Counted from the stretch's first letter, positions 1 to 13,267 are shown. The stretch is 64,000 bases of DNA from Eledone cirrhosa (GCA_964016885.1 OZ024760.1:7440001-7504000), one strand, 5' to 3'. Notes: a model not told the origin generated them from the letters alone. A program made the numbers and translations.

Positions 1-1078
1 TTGGCTGTGCTGAACCAATCTTACAGGGGAACCATAGTTTGGGAGCATGGTACTGGATGGCACCGATATGAGGGGGAACAGGCTAGTTGGCTGTGCTGAA
101 CCAATCTTACAGGGGAACCATAGTTTGGGAGCATGGTACTGGATGGCACCGATATGAGGGGGAACAGGCTAGTTGGCTGTGCTGAACCAATCTTACAGGG
201 GAACCATAGTTTGGGAGCATGGTACTGGATGGCACCGATATGAGGGGGAACAGGCTAGTTGGCTGTGCTGAACCAATCTTACAGGGGAACCATAGTTTGG
301 GAGCATGGTACTGGATGGCACCGATATGAGGAGGAACAGGCTAGTTGGCTGTGCTGAACCAATCTTACAGGGGAACCATAGTTTGGGAGCATGGTACTGG
401 ATGGCACCGATATGAGGAGGAACAGGCTAGTTGGCTGTGCTGAACCAATCTTACAGGGGAACCATAGTTTGGGAGCATGGTACTGGATGGCACCGATATG
501 AGGGGGAACAGGCTAGTTGGCTGTGCTGAACCAATCTTACAGGGGAACCATAGTTTGGGAGCATGGTACTGGATGGCACCGATATGAGGGGGAACAGGCT
601 AGTTGGCTGTGCTGAACCAATCTTACAGTGGAACCATAGTTTGGGAGCATGGTACTGGATGGCACCGATATGAGGAGGAACAGGCTAGTTGGCTGTGCTG
701 AACCAATCTTACAGGGGAACCATAGTTTGGGAGCATGGTACTGGATGGCTCCGATATGAGAAGGAACAGGCTAGTTGGCTGTGCTGAACCAATCTTACAG
801 GGGAACCATAGTTTGGGAGCATGGTACTGGATGGCACCGATATGAGAAGGAACAGGCTAGTTGGCTGTGCTGAACCAATCTTACAGGGGAACCATAGTTT
901 GGGAGCATGGTACTGGATGGCACCGATATGAGGAGGAACAGGCTAGTTGGCTGTGCTGAACCAATCTTACAGGGGAACCATAGTTTGGGAGCATGGTACT
1001 GGATGGCACCGATATGAGGAGGAACAGGCTAGTTGGCTGTGCTGAACCAATCTTACAGGGGAACCATAGTTTGGGAGC
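1..1078. repeat. 86-bp tandem satellite, ~12.5 copies in window, truncated by left edge
   Basis: TTGGCTGTGCTGAACCAATC recurs at 1, 87, 173... with near-identical units; intronic to the golgin gene. Confidence 0.97.
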
Positions 1079-1159
1079 CGCAACCACATTTACAGAGTGG
1101 ATCTGGATATATATATACAATATATTAATAAATGGAAACTATATTTATAAAACCATAAT

Positions 1160-1224
1160 TATTTTATAATATATGTTTCAAGGGCAACCAAGGCAGTCTT
1201 GGTGCACTTTCATCAGATAAAATA
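1160..1224 (-). ncRNA. Minimal type I hammerhead ribozyme-like motif (Penelope-type) within an AT-rich inverted repeat 1118-1308
   Basis: Minus strand: TATTTTAT-CTGATGA-AAGTGCACCAAG actgc CTTGGTTGCCCTT-GAAA-CATATA-TT-ATAAAATA; core boxes present, stems I and II pair. Confidence 0.55.
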
Positions 1225-1382
1225 CAAAATTTGTTTTATATATATTGAAATATATATAATAAAATAATTATGGCTTTATAAATATAGTTTCCATTTATTA
1301 ATATATTGAATATTTACTCCAGTAACTCTTGAGTGCTCTATATCAGTTATAAACCTTTAAGTTTGTTGGAATCCCAACAAAT

Positions 1383-1419
<37 letters not shown>

Positions 1420-1489
1420 ATATACACACATAAAAGGCAGGAGATGCTTCATTTTAGTTCATATATATTTTTCTTAAGTGTATATCTAC

Positions 1490-1525
<36 letters not shown>

Positions 1526-1691
1526 AGAAATTGTAACATCATTACCATAACAGAAGTCCAACGACCATTTGATACCAGAGTCAGGCCAGATCAATACAGA
1601 TTGAACCTTGAGCTGATCAATAATGAAACGTGCGTCACACCTCAATAAATGTAATGAAGATCTAACACTTTGTCCTTTTTATTATTATTAG

Positions 1692-1756
<65 letters not shown>

Positions 1757-2218
1757 GGTAAGTGAAATACCTAAAAACTGAGGAGCTCAGCTTATTTTAA
1801 AACAATTTGTTTAACAGCAAGACTTCTTTTCACTTTCCACAGTGCATGTTATGTGCAACAGAGCGAAAGCACAGAGAAAGTAAAAAACAAAAGAAAGCTT
1901 AGAGACTATTGTGGCAATAAAACCGAGAGAGAGGAGAGAGAGAATAAGAGAGGCACGAGAGAGAGGTAGAGGAGAGTGAGAGAGAGCGCAAAAAGAGGGG
2001 AGAGAGAGAGTGGTAGAGAGGAGTGAAGACAGAAGACAAGAAAAAGCAGTTGTGGTGGACAATGTGGCCATTGTAATAAAGAGTAGCATGAAATGTAAAA
2101 TCTAACATTAATGACTACAGATGTGGGAAGTGAAGAGGAATGAAAAGGTAACAATTGTGTGAAAAGTGCTGGAAATAGAAAATGAAGAAAGAAAATACAT
2201 GAACACACACACATCATC

Positions 2219-2264
<46 letters not shown>

Positions 2265-3274
2265 TACATATAAAGATGAAAAAACTCATCACTAGAACAG
2301 CCGTTAAAACAGCTAAGTGCTGTCAAAGACAGCGATGGGCAAAAGTGCCTCATGGGACAGTGACCAGTGGTCAACAGAGAAACAGTCCACTTTCCCATTA
2401 TTTTATTTTCTTTGGTTTCTTTCGTCCTTCTATCTGTGTTTATTTTACCACACACATCACAACAGCAGAAAGATTTATTTTTCTGTTGCACGATCCAGCA
2501 TTTTAAAATGGTACTCTCAATTAAATCGTGCAAAACCATTTTGCTGGTCTGTGAGCTGATGAAGGTGAAGATGTGTGCATAAACTTGTCTTGTACATTGT
2601 CTTTCTTTATTTCCTTCTTCCAGTCACTTCTATGTGCCAACAGTTCTCCTTGTCCTCCTCCTCTTTCAATCTTTTCTATATTTCATCTACCTGTCACCCA
2701 CCTTGTGGAGTGTCTCTCTGTTGACGACTGGCCGCAGGTCTCTGTCCTCTGAGACATTTTTGCCCATTTCTGTCTTTGATAGCATCAAGCTTTTTTGTCG
2801 GCTGTTTTAGCAATGAGTTTTCTCATTTTTACATGTATTCCAATACACTTTCACTTCGTCTTGATCAGAGACAACATTGTCTTTTCATATATATATATAT
2901 ATATTTATTTCTCCCTCACGTGATGTCACTGCCTGCTACAGACAACTTTGTCATAGCAGTAATTCTTTCATGTTCAGAAGGTGAACAAATTTTATTTCTC
3001 TCGTTCTCCTCCATAAATCATTCTCTGCTGATGAAGCTAATGCAGTATCACAGTTTTCAGCAAGTTGCACTTATCGTAACTTACTGCGTTTGCAGAACCA
3101 GGGACCAGACGTACAAGCCCAAACGCCACATTATGAATATACACTTTGTTAGCACTCTGAGACAGGTTTAGCTTGGTATAGATTCAAACCATATCTGATT
3201 GAGTGAGCAGACGGGATTATAGTTAATACGATAACCTCATCTATATATATATATATATATATGTATATATAATT

Positions 3275-3616
3275 GAGGCACATGGCTTAGTGGTTAGAGC
3301 ATTGGCCTTGCAATCGAAAGGTTGTGAGTTCAATTCTCAGACCGGGTGATGTATTGTTTCCTTGAGCAAGACACTTTATTTCACATTGCTCCAGTTTACT
3401 CAGCTGTAGAAATGAGATGATAGGGACTGGGGTTCCTATCATTCCACTGCAAAGTGGTCGTGGAGGTGCCACGGAAAAAAAAGCACCCAGCACTCACTGT
3501 AAATGAGGTTGGTGTTAGGAAGGGCATCCAGCTGTAGAAATCAAGCCAGAATCAGTTCCCGTCCCACCCTTGCAAGCAGGGAAAAAGTGGACGTAAAATG
3601 AAATAAATGATGATGA
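3275..3616 (+). mobile_element. tRNA-derived SINE family A, full length
   Basis: A box TGGCTTAGTGG, B box GGTTGTGAGTTCAATTC, body near-identical to 5084, 40686, 43504, 62718; (GAT)n tail. Confidence 0.9.
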
Positions 3617-3629
3617 ATTAAGGCGTTTG

Positions 3630-3975
3630 CTCTTACATAGCTATATAAATATAACTATGAGTATTTTGTAAATCTAGTGATATCTATTTTCCAGCTGAGC
3701 CAGTCGATAGCTCTATATGCAAATGAGGTTAATCAGCCCATGTACATTGGTGTCAAAATTTTGTTTTCGCCTATATTGAGTTCCAGCAGAGAAAAGGATA
3801 AGGGAGCACTGTCTTGATAATGACCAGAGCCAGAGACGACGTTGTCGATGGTTACCCACCCTTTGCTTCTGCTGGAACCCGCTAAATGGCGCTACATCAT
3901 CGGTTTCCAAATTCATAGCTGAAGGCTTTCAAAATGTTTATTTATAAACATACCGTATATTGTTAGATATACAAA
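3630..3975. repeat. Unclassified interspersed repeat, homologous to 14240-14530
   Basis: Shared blocks ATATGCAAATGAG(G/A)TTAATCA and AATGTTTATTTATAAACATACC. Confidence 0.6.
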
Positions 3976-4058
3976 ATAACATCGCCCGGTCTGAGAATTG
4001 AACTCACAACCTTTCGATTGCAAGGCCAATGCTCTAACCACTAAGCCATGTGCCTCCT

Positions 4059-4539
4059 ATATCATCATCATCATCATCTTCAGGTTTAGCGTCCGTGTTC
4101 CACGCTTGCATGGGTTTGGACGGGGGTTTTCCCACTTGAGGCAAGAGTGGTTGTCTTGCTCGCATAGGACTGTCTGGCGGGTTTTCTACAGCTGGATGCC
4201 CTTCCTAACACCAACCACATTTACAGTGTGGGGCTGGGAGGTTTTTACCGTGTTGCCTACACGGCCACATTACAGCGTGGATTGTCTGGCGGGTTTTCTA
4301 CGGCTGGATGCCCTTCCTAACACCAACCACATTTACAGTGTGGGGCTGGGAGGTTTTTACCGTGTTGCCTACACGGCCACATTACAGCGTGGATTGTCTG
4401 GCGGGTTTTCTACGGCTGGATGCCCTTCCTAACACCAACCACATTTACAGTGTGGGGCTGGGAGGTTTTTACCGTGTTGCCTACACGGCCACATTACAGC
4501 GTGGACTGTCTGGCGGGTTTTCTACAGCTGGATGCCCTT

Positions 4540-4541
<2 letters not shown>
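4059..4541 (-). mobile_element. SINE-like element (family C, GAT tail) with an internal 112-bp unit in 3 tandem copies
   Basis: 4081-4270 nearly identical to 35872-36063; GGATGCCCTTCC recurs at 112-bp spacing. Confidence 0.8.
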
Positions 4542-4583
<42 letters not shown>

Positions 4584-4634
4584 TATATATACACGTGTAT
4601 ATATATATACACGTGTGTATATATATATATACAC

Positions 4635-4680
<46 letters not shown>

Positions 4681-5083
4681 GTGTGTGTGTATATATATAT
4701 ATATATATAATTGGAGAACTATGAGATTGTGTCCTGTTTATCTTTTTACAACACGTTATTAAAATAAGTTGGATTACTTTGAATAAATCATGAATGAATG
4801 TTATATTTCTTAGCTGTTGATTAAGCATAAATAATCTTATATATAAATTATATTGCTTATTTCAAGATTCACTTCTGTTAAATGTTAAAATTTTTTCAAA
4901 TGTCAACTTCCATTTTATCCTAACAGTTTGCCGTATGCTATATTTTCATCACTATATCATAACGCTTATTTGTTGTTGTTCCTATTTGTTGCTGTGCTGA
5001 TAAGCGTTTTGGCATTGATACACTGGTTGGATGCCCTTCCTAACACCAGCGCCACTTTATATATATATATGGAGATATATAGA

Positions 5084-5430
5084 TGGAGGCACATGGCTTA
5101 GTGGTTAGAGCATTGGCCTTGCAATCGAAAGGTTGTGAGTTCAATTCTCAGACCGGGTGATGTGTTGTTTCCTTGAGCAAGACACTTTATTTCACATTGC
5201 TCCAGTTTACTCAGCTGTAGAAATGAGATGATAGGGACTGGGGTCCCTATCATTCCACTGCAAAGTGGTCGTGGAGGTGCCACGGCAAAAAAGCACCCAG
5301 CACTCACTGTAAATGAGGTTGGTGTTAGGAAGGGCATCCAGCTGTAGAAATCAAGCCAGAATCAGTTCCCGTCCCACCCTTGCAAGCAGGGGAAAAGCGG
5401 ACGTAAAATGAAATGATGATGAAATGATGA
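5084..5430 (+). mobile_element. SINE family A, full length
   Basis: Same head, body and tail as 3275. Confidence 0.9.
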
Positions 5431-5915
5431 TATATATATAACATTTTAAATGAAAGTTACAGCAATCATCATCATCACCATCAACTTCATTTCTATGTAT
5501 TTTTTCCATACTAGAATGGGTTGGTCATCAAGTTTTTGAGGCAGAATTCTATGGATACCTTCTGGGTTTTTTTTAAAAATAAGTTAGGAATCTCCATATG
5601 TCTTCCCCTGAGCAGAATGAAGGCCAGTGGTTGGCCTGTTGAAAACCTGTGGCCAGTGGTTAGTCTGTTGAAAACCTCTAACCAATGAGGGCCAGTGTTT
5701 GACCTGTTGAAAACCTCTAACCAACGAGGGCAGTGTTCACAAATGCATGAGATAATAAATATTAAAAAAATAAACTTAAAAAAACAACACAGCTGATAAG
5801 GTTAACAACCCCGAAATAAAATAGAGATACAAATAATAACAGTGTTAGATTTCAGAGCAGGTTATTAGCAGTGGATTAATTAATGCAGTGTTAGGAAAGG
5901 TGGAAAGTTAGTCAC

Positions 5916-6033
5916 CTTGCAGTGTCTTAACATCATCAAAGTCTACGAGTTGCAGGAGTAGGTTACCTTTATCCTCTTCAGCCTCGGCTAAGCGGTTCTT
6001 CAGTTCTTCAGCTTCATTTGAACCCTGGTTGTT
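5916..6033 (-). CDS. GOLGB1: Giantin/GOLGB1-like golgin, coding exon 6 (NNQGSNEAEELKNRL...KTLQ); gene continues past the left edge
   Basis: ttacag acceptor, CAAG|gtgac donor, phase 0 in, phase 1 out; coiled-coil peptide. Confidence 0.8.
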
Positions 6034-6122
6034 CTGTAACATAAGTAGAATAACTTGCAATCCATCATCTTCTTTTTCAAGGTTTACACTGTCAACTATT
6101 TCAAGACAGCCATGGTATATTA

Positions 6123-6725
6123 AATAATTGTTTCTACTATTGGCACAAGGCCAGCAAATTACCCAGTGCATTACTGGTACTTTAATTTATCGACCCCGTA
6201 AGGATGAAAGGCAAAGTTAACCTCGGCGGCATTTGAACATGGTATATTAAATAATGATGCTAATGTAAGTATATCTAAGTATGTAACTTCATAATCAACA
6301 TGGTATCAATAATAATTGTTTCTACTTTAGACACAAGGCCAGCAATTACCCAGTGTATTACTGGTACTTTATTTGATCGACCTCGTAAGGATGAAAGGCA
6401 AAGTCAACCTCGGTGGGATTTGAACTCAGATCATAAAGGGCCGTAACTCTATGCTGGAAAGCATGGCGTCCGACCCTCCACCGATACTGCCAATCCACAT
6501 GGTATCAATAATAATGGTTATTGATTTAGCCACAAGGCCCACAATTTGGGCAAAGGAGAAAATCAATTAATTCAACCCCAGTGCATTACTGGTAATTTAT
6601 TTTATCAACCCCGTAATGATGAAATGCAAAGCGAACCTCAGCAGGATCTGAACTCAGAATGCAAAGGGCCATAACTCTATACTGCAAAGCATGTTGTTCG
6701 ATGCACTACTGATACTCCACCACCC
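6123..6725 (-). mobile_element. Cluster of three SINE family B copies (core TTTGCCTTTCATCCTTACGGGGTCGATAAA); more at 7740, 10630, 11803, 20933, 29170, 30168, 35127, 59770
   Basis: Recurrent ~190-bp element with tRNA-like head (GTTCAAATCC B box); core resembles conserved Meta/Nin SINE domains (recall). Confidence 0.85.
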
Positions 6726-6759
6726 TCATGGTATCTTAATGTAAGTATATCTCATTATG

Positions 6760-7735
6760 TAATCTCATGGACACAGTATCTTAAATAATGATACTAATGT
6801 AAGTATATCTAAATATGTAATGTCATGACGGCCATGATTTTACAAATAATGAAGCTGCTGTCAATATATTTACGTAATCTCACGGTATCATAAGTAAAGA
6901 TGCAACTGTAAGTATATCTTATTATGTAACGTAATGGTGTAACAGAATCACAAGAAATGATGCTTATGTAAGTATATCTTATTATGTAACCTAATGGGGA
7001 ACACAGAATCATAAGTAATGATGCTTATGTAAGTATATCTTATTATGTAATCTAATGGTGGAACAGTATCACAAGTAATGATGCTTATGTAAGTATATCT
7101 TATTATGTAACCTAATGGTGGAACAGTATCACAAGTAATGATGCTTATGTAAGTATATCTTATTATGTAACCTAATGGTGGAACAGTATCACAAGAAATG
7201 ATGCTTATGTAAGTATATCTTATTATGTAACCTAATGGGGAACACAGAATCATAAGTAATGATGCTTATGTAAGTATATCTTATTATGTAATCTAATGGT
7301 GGAACAGTATCACAAGTAATGGTGCTTATGTAAGTATATCTTATTATGTAACCTAATGGTGGAACAGTATCACAAGTAATGATGCTTATGTAAGTATATC
7401 TTATTATGTAACCTAATGGGAAACACAGAATCATAAGTAATGATGCTTATGTAAGTATATCTTATTATGTAACCTAATGGTGGAACAGTATCACAAGAAA
7501 TGATGCTTATGTAAGTATATCTTATTATGTAACCTAATGGTGGAACAGTATCACAAGTAATGATGCTTATGTAAGTATATCTTATTATGTAACCTAATGG
7601 GGAACACAGAATCATAAGTAATGAAGCTAATGTAAGTATATCTACATATGTAATCTCACAGTAAACACAGTATCATAAGTAAAGATGCAACTGTAAGTAT
7701 ATCTACATATGTAATGTCATAATAGACATGATATT
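6760..7735. repeat. 60-61-bp tandem satellite, ~15 copies
   Basis: GTAAGTATATCTTATTATGTAACCTAATGG repeats every 60-61 bp. Confidence 0.95.
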
Positions 7736-7914
7736 ATAAATAATTGTTTCTTCTTTCGGCACAAGGCCAGCAACTACCCAGTGCATTACTGGTACTTTAT
7801 TTTATCGACCCCCGTAAGGATGAAAGGCAAAGTTAACATAATATATATATGTAAATAAAACTCTAAACCTCCTTTTTGATCTATCAACTTTTACTATAAT
7901 AATTAACTACTTAC

Positions 7915-9090
7915 CTTTTTTAATTCTTCGATTTCTTTCTCCAAGGATTTAATTTTGGCTGTGAACTGGGCTTTAATTTTTAGCATTCTAGAATCAGAGA
8001 TCTTTGCAGGTGACCCTCCTTCGGAGGATCTGTGCTTTTCTCGAGGTCTGGTGTTTTGTGTGTCTGCCTCTTCTGACTTCAGGAGCCCCTCCTGTTTCTG
8101 TTGCTGATAGTTTTGTAACTGGGCTCTAACATTTTCTAGTTCAATATTTTGTTGATGGAATTGTTCTACAAGTTGTTTTCTTTCAACCATTTCAAATTCT
8201 AACCGTTTTGAGAGTTCTGCCAGCTTCTCTGACGCATCAACTGTTGCCGTTACTCTGCCAGAATTTGCAGCAGGGGTGGTTTTCTGAGAAACGGAATTCT
8301 TCAAGTCATTTACTTCAGAGCAGACCTGCTGATAGCGTTCTTGGAGAGCATTGTAATGAAGTGCTGCTTGTGAATACGCAGATTCGTATTGTTTCAGTGA
8401 TACCTGTACAGTGTGTAGCTGCAGACTTATCTCTCCTTTCTCTTCTTCACTTTTTTCAAAGAGCATTTTCAGGCGAGTTTCCATTTTCTGCTTCTCAGAC
8501 TTCCACTGGGCCTCGTAATCCGAGAAAGTCTGCTGCATCAGCAGATTCTGTTCAGTGCTGACAGCAAGCTTTTCTTTAAGGTTTTTCATACTGTCCATGA
8601 TACCGTGCAGCTGTTGGTCCTTGTTAGCCAAATCGTTTGCCTGGATCTCAATCACCTGGATTTTCCCATGGAGTACCTCGTTGATATCTTTAACTTTCTG
8701 CTCCATCATTTTCACCATTTGATCCTGCATGTTTCCTCCGCCTTCCTTAGACATGATGTTCTCTAAATCCTGCTCATGTCTGGCCAACAGTTCCCGAAGG
8801 TCGTTGTCACGTGTAACCAGGTCTTTCTCTCGATCAAGGATCAGATGCCTCAGCTGTGAGATTTCTCCTTCGCGATCATTGATGGTTTCCTCAAAGTACT
8901 TCTGTGTTTCCGTTAACCGAAGATTGAACCTCTCAGTCTCAACCTTAAGGTTGTGTTCAGCCTTCTCAAGGCTTTCTATCATTAGTGATATTTTCTCTTC
9001 TTCAAATTCAACTTTGTTGGTCAACCTTGAAATCAGAGCATTTTGAGATGTTATCGTCTGGTCTTTTTCAACAATTGAGGTCTGTAAAAC
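7915..9090 (-). CDS. GOLGB1: Giantin/GOLGB1-like golgin, coding exon 5 (392 codons, coiled coil)
   Basis: Within ORF 7903-9186; tttttcacag acceptor, AAG|gtaagt donor, phase 0/0; E/K/Q/L-rich heptads. Confidence 0.9.
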
Positions 9091-9199
9091 CTGTGAAAAA
9101 ATAAAATATGAGAGTGATAAGAACGTTGGATCTACAATCGTTTGATTTCTGGACTGTGTTGCGTGTTGTGTTGTGTTATTGAGCAAAACACTTTATTTA

Positions 9200-9365
9200 T
9201 AATAATATAATAATGAAATTATTGTGTAAAGTGCTCAGGTGCACTACAACTCGTCAATATAGTACATAGAATAATACACAAATGTCAGGGAAGTACATGT
9301 TTGTATGTGTTAGCTGTAGTGTTGGCGGATCTCGGGAAGCATGGAGGCCTTAAAGGATGCAGTCA
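9200..9365 (-). mobile_element. CR1-type LINE 3' end fragment
   Basis: Reverse complement matches the 3'UTR at 63545-63585 (GAGTTGTAGTGCACCTGAGCAC). Confidence 0.7.
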
Positions 9366-9909
9366 TTGCTCTAGCTGAAAATGAGTACTAGCAATAGCTG
9401 GGGGTTTAACCCTGTGACAGACTGGTGTCCTGTCCAGGGGAAAGTCTTGTACTCTCAGTCACTTCATGCCACAGAAACCGGAATAAGTACCGGCCTGATG
9501 AGCCTCCAGCTTGAGACAGACTTTATACAATTTTTTCTAGATATAAGCGTGTTTGTAGTCTGCTTGAAGCATTATGGAATATGAAAAATGGCAACATGTC
9601 TTGCAAGCCACTACAACACAGTTGGGGTGTTAAAAATCAGAGTAACAGTATGTCCTTCCACTTCTTCACCCACAATCATCCTCCACACACATCACATGTC
9701 TATACCAGTGCAGTCTCCTCTCTCACCCACTACATCTGGTTCCTCTTATATACCTAGGTCTTCCTCTAGTGCAGCTTCTTTCCACTGGCATCTCCTGACA
9801 CTTCTTCATTCAGCATACACAATGTTTGATAATGTGACCCAATGAGTTATTATATTCAGCTGCCCTGCATTGAACTAAGATTCCCCCCCCCCCCCCAAAA
9901 AAAAACACA

Positions 9910-10160
9910 TAACCTGCCCCTCTCTGCTGACCATCACTATCACAATCTCGTCTCCCTGCTGAGCAGCACTATAACCTGCCCTTCCCTGCTGACCAGCACT
10001 ATAACCTGCCCCTCCCTGCTGACCATCACTATCACAACCTGCCCCACCCTGCCAACCAGCACTATAACCTGCCCCTCCCTGCTGACCATCACTATCACAA
10101 CCTGCCCCATCCTGCTGACCAGCACTATAACCTGCCCCTCCCTGCTGACCATAACCTGGC
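9910..10160. repeat. Minisatellite of ~30-bp units (CCTGCCCCTCCCTGCTGACCAGCACTATAA)
   Basis: Direct inspection. Confidence 0.85.
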
Positions 10161-11296
10161 CTCAATGACTGATTGATTGAATTAGAATCCTGAGAACAGT
10201 TTACTCAAAATAAAAATATAAAATTCTTATCCCAATCATTTTATCTGTCTTGATCACTTCATTTTTCTCTCCAATACTATATCTATCAATCTATACCAAC
10301 TGCCATGTCACCCCTCTGTCTTTACACATACCCTCCAAAGATCTCACTCTCTCTCTATCATCAGCATTCTGAGCTCTCATACACTATCCACACTGGTGAC
10401 TGTGTCCTATACCAACAACCATGCCACCCCTCTGTCTTTACACATGCCCTCCATAGCTCTCTCTCTCTCTCTCTATCATCACTGTTCTGAGTTCTCCTAC
10501 ACTCTCCACTCCAGTATCTTCCAGCAGTCTATCAATGTCATTTCTTTTCTTTCTGCCCCTGTTTGTGTATCCATCCGATGGTTCCTACAGAACCAAGATC
10601 CCTTGCTATCTCCTCATGGTAACAAAACATAATTGTTTCTACTTTAGGCACAAGGCCAGCAATTACCCAATACATTACTGGTACTTTTATTTTATCGACC
10701 CCATAAGGATGAAAGGCAAAGTCAACCTCGGCGGGATTTGAACTCAGATCGTAAAGGGACGTAACTATGCTGGAAAGCATGGCGCCCGACCCTCTACCTA
10801 TACTGCCACATAATGACCTGCAATTTTATTCGTATCTTTTCTGTTACTAGTGGAAGCTGATGATACAATTCTCTGCTGGTTAGTTTCTGTTTCCATGAAA
10901 CATTAAGTGCCATGTGCAACAAACACTCTTGTGTGGTGGTATGGTACAGGCCCATAGCTCATGAGGAAGCTGTAGTGGCATACAGCAAATCTTGGGCATT
11001 TTAAGCCTGTCGGAGCCTGTCTCCTCTCTAAGATCTGAACACACCAGATTTCATCCAGAGAATAATAGAAAGAGAGAGCGAGGACGTGAGAAAGATATAT
11101 AGAGGAAGAATCGATCCCAATACTAGACTGGTATTTTTTTCATCGACCTTAAAAGGTTGAAAAGTAATTCTTGTATAGCAGCCCAAAATTCTTTCTTTTC
11201 TAGTTGCCGTCTTCTGTTCCATGTTCCTGATCCGTTCAAGAGAAATCAGAAATCAGACTTCCCCATTGCAATAAAAACCCTCTCTGAGATACTTAC

Positions 11297-11455
11297 CCCA
11301 ATCACTTTATCTCTACCATTGATCACTTCATTCTTCTCTCCAATAAATTCTTGTAAATCTTTGATTTTGGTGTCCAAATCAATAATTGAATTGTTCAGAT
11401 CAACTATTTTCTTATCCTTTGACAAGATTTGAGCGTAAATCTGATCCATGGTTTC
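11297..11455 (-). CDS. GOLGB1: Giantin/GOLGB1-like, coding exon 4 (ETMDQIYAQ...DKVIG)
   Basis: ttttag acceptor, GGG|gtaagt donor, 159 nt, phase 0/0. Confidence 0.88.
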
Positions 11456-12227
11456 CTAAAACATAACAAAAAAAACAAAAAACAATATAAATACAAACCA
11501 ACACATCAACAGGTGTTTTTAAGGCCATGTCTCCTGCTAAAATAAGGGGTAACTTAACAGGTCTTCTATGATGGGCTTCTTACTCAAAATTACATAGAAA
11601 TGAGGTTGATGATGATAATGTTGTTGATGATGACGATGACGTTGATGACAGTGCTGATGATGATGATGATGATGTCAATGATGGTGGTGATGATGATGAT
11701 GTCAATGGTGGTGATGATGATGATGGCTGTAACATTCATTTAAAATCATTTAATATAAATAAATATATACATCATCATCATATATATATATATATATATA
11801 TATGTTTCTACTTTAGGCACAAGGCCAGAAATTACCCAGTACATTACTGGTACTTTATTTTATCGACCCCGTAAGGATGAAAGGCAAAGTTAACCTCGGC
11901 GAGATTTGAACACAGAATGGCAAGGGACGTAACTCTGTAAGTCAAAGCATGGCGTCCAACTCTCTACCGATAGAGGTGGTGGTAGTAGTTGTGGTGGTAG
12001 TGGTAGTAGTAATAATATATATATATAATAATAAGTTGACAGAACCAGCATGGATTTCACTGCTAGTACCGGTTGCATCTCAGCGTACTCAATAGATAAT
12101 GTTAAGTAAACTCTCAGAGTAGACACATAGTTATTCGCTTCAACACAATGCATGTAAATGGGTACCTTCAATCTTTACACGTACTCAAGTTTCGGCCACA
12201 CTTAATGCAGCAATAACATTTTACGGG

Positions 12228-12401
12228 CAAAACCAACAGGAAGGAGACCCAGGAGTAGACCCTGAACAAGACGGTTGGATAACATCCATGAGCTTGGCTG
12301 GTCACGCTTGGGGATCCAGCCGGATCAATTGGAGACGGTTGCTTCTAACAGGACCCGTTGGTGAACTCTTCCCCTACTCTTTGGAATAAGTGGGCAAAGA
12401 A
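12228..12401 (+). mobile_element. RTE-clade LINE 3' end fragment (family 2); other copies at 17525-17720 (-) and 31050-31615 (+, tandem)
   Basis: Translates as KPTGRRPR-RP-TR-LDNIHELGWSRLGIQP, an RTE C-terminal GxRxRGRP-type segment. Confidence 0.7.
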
Positions 12402-12426
12402 GATATATTGTATTATACTATATATA

Positions 12427-12803
12427 TCATCATCATCATTTTATGTCCGCTTTTCCCTGCTTGCAAGGGTAGGGCGGGTCCTATTCAGCACAGCATCTCT
12501 CCACTTGTCACAGTCCTTCGTCATCTCCACCGTGAGCTTCAGCGATTTGAGGTCTGCTCTCACCGCCTCTGCCCGTGTTTTTCGTGGCCTTCCTCTACTG
12601 GGTCTTCCTTCAACTGGCATTTCTTGGCACTTCTTTACCCAGCGGTCATCCTCCATACACCTCACATGTCCATACCATCGCAGTCTTCTCTCCCGCACAC
12701 TACAACTTATCCCTCTTAAACACAGTTTCTCTCTCAACACGTCCATGCTCGGTCGTTCACGTACATTGACATTGCACATCCAACGGAGCATCCTTACTTC
12801 ATT
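12427..12803 (-). mobile_element. RTE/BovB-like LINE 3' fragment (family 1)
   Basis: ORF MLRWMC...RRLRWYGHV...EGRPSRGRPRKT...KWR followed by a (GAT)n tail. Confidence 0.92.
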
Positions 12804-12982
12804 TCATATATATATATATATATGGTTAATAAGAACTAGGTCATTGGCATACAGATGTTCCAACAGATACTCAGGCTTGAACTCCTCTGCTATGGCCTGG
12901 AGAATTATAAACCAAATAAAAGAGGCCCTGATTGAGAACCAAGCTGGAATGTTAATTGAAATGTTATGCAAGATTTTCATAC

Positions 12983-13267
12983 CTGAGATTTAGCAGCTGG
13001 GTTTTCAGATTCGTTAATGTCCCTGATAATTTTGTCACGGTCAAGAAGTTGACTCTTCATCATATTCACTATTTCTTTGAGTTGACCGATGGTGTGGTCT
13101 CTCTCCTGTAAGTTATTGTTTTTAGCCAGCATCTCCTCAGCCTGCTTGACCACCTGTTCATCTTTCTCGAGGAGGAGGCGTTCCTTGTCTTGAAGTTTGC
13201 GGCGTAATAGTTTCACTTTACCACGGCTCACCTGTTCACCAGGTGTTTCATCACCACACTCACTACC
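12983..13267 (-). CDS. GOLGB1: Giantin/GOLGB1-like, coding exon 3 (GSECGDETP...AAKSQ)
   Basis: cttatcag acceptor, CAG|gtatga donor, 285 nt, phase 0/0, open frame. Confidence 0.88.

Noticed and set aside
1545-1645. Next golgin coding exon
   Set aside because: Stops in the required phase-1 frame and poor acceptor; the next exon probably lies left of the window
2555-2595. Hammerhead-like CTGATGAAG motif
   Set aside because: No GAAA box or paired stem II
3275-3350. tRNA gene (A and B boxes)
   Set aside because: Head of a multi-copy SINE; continues into the SINE body with no acceptor stem or terminator
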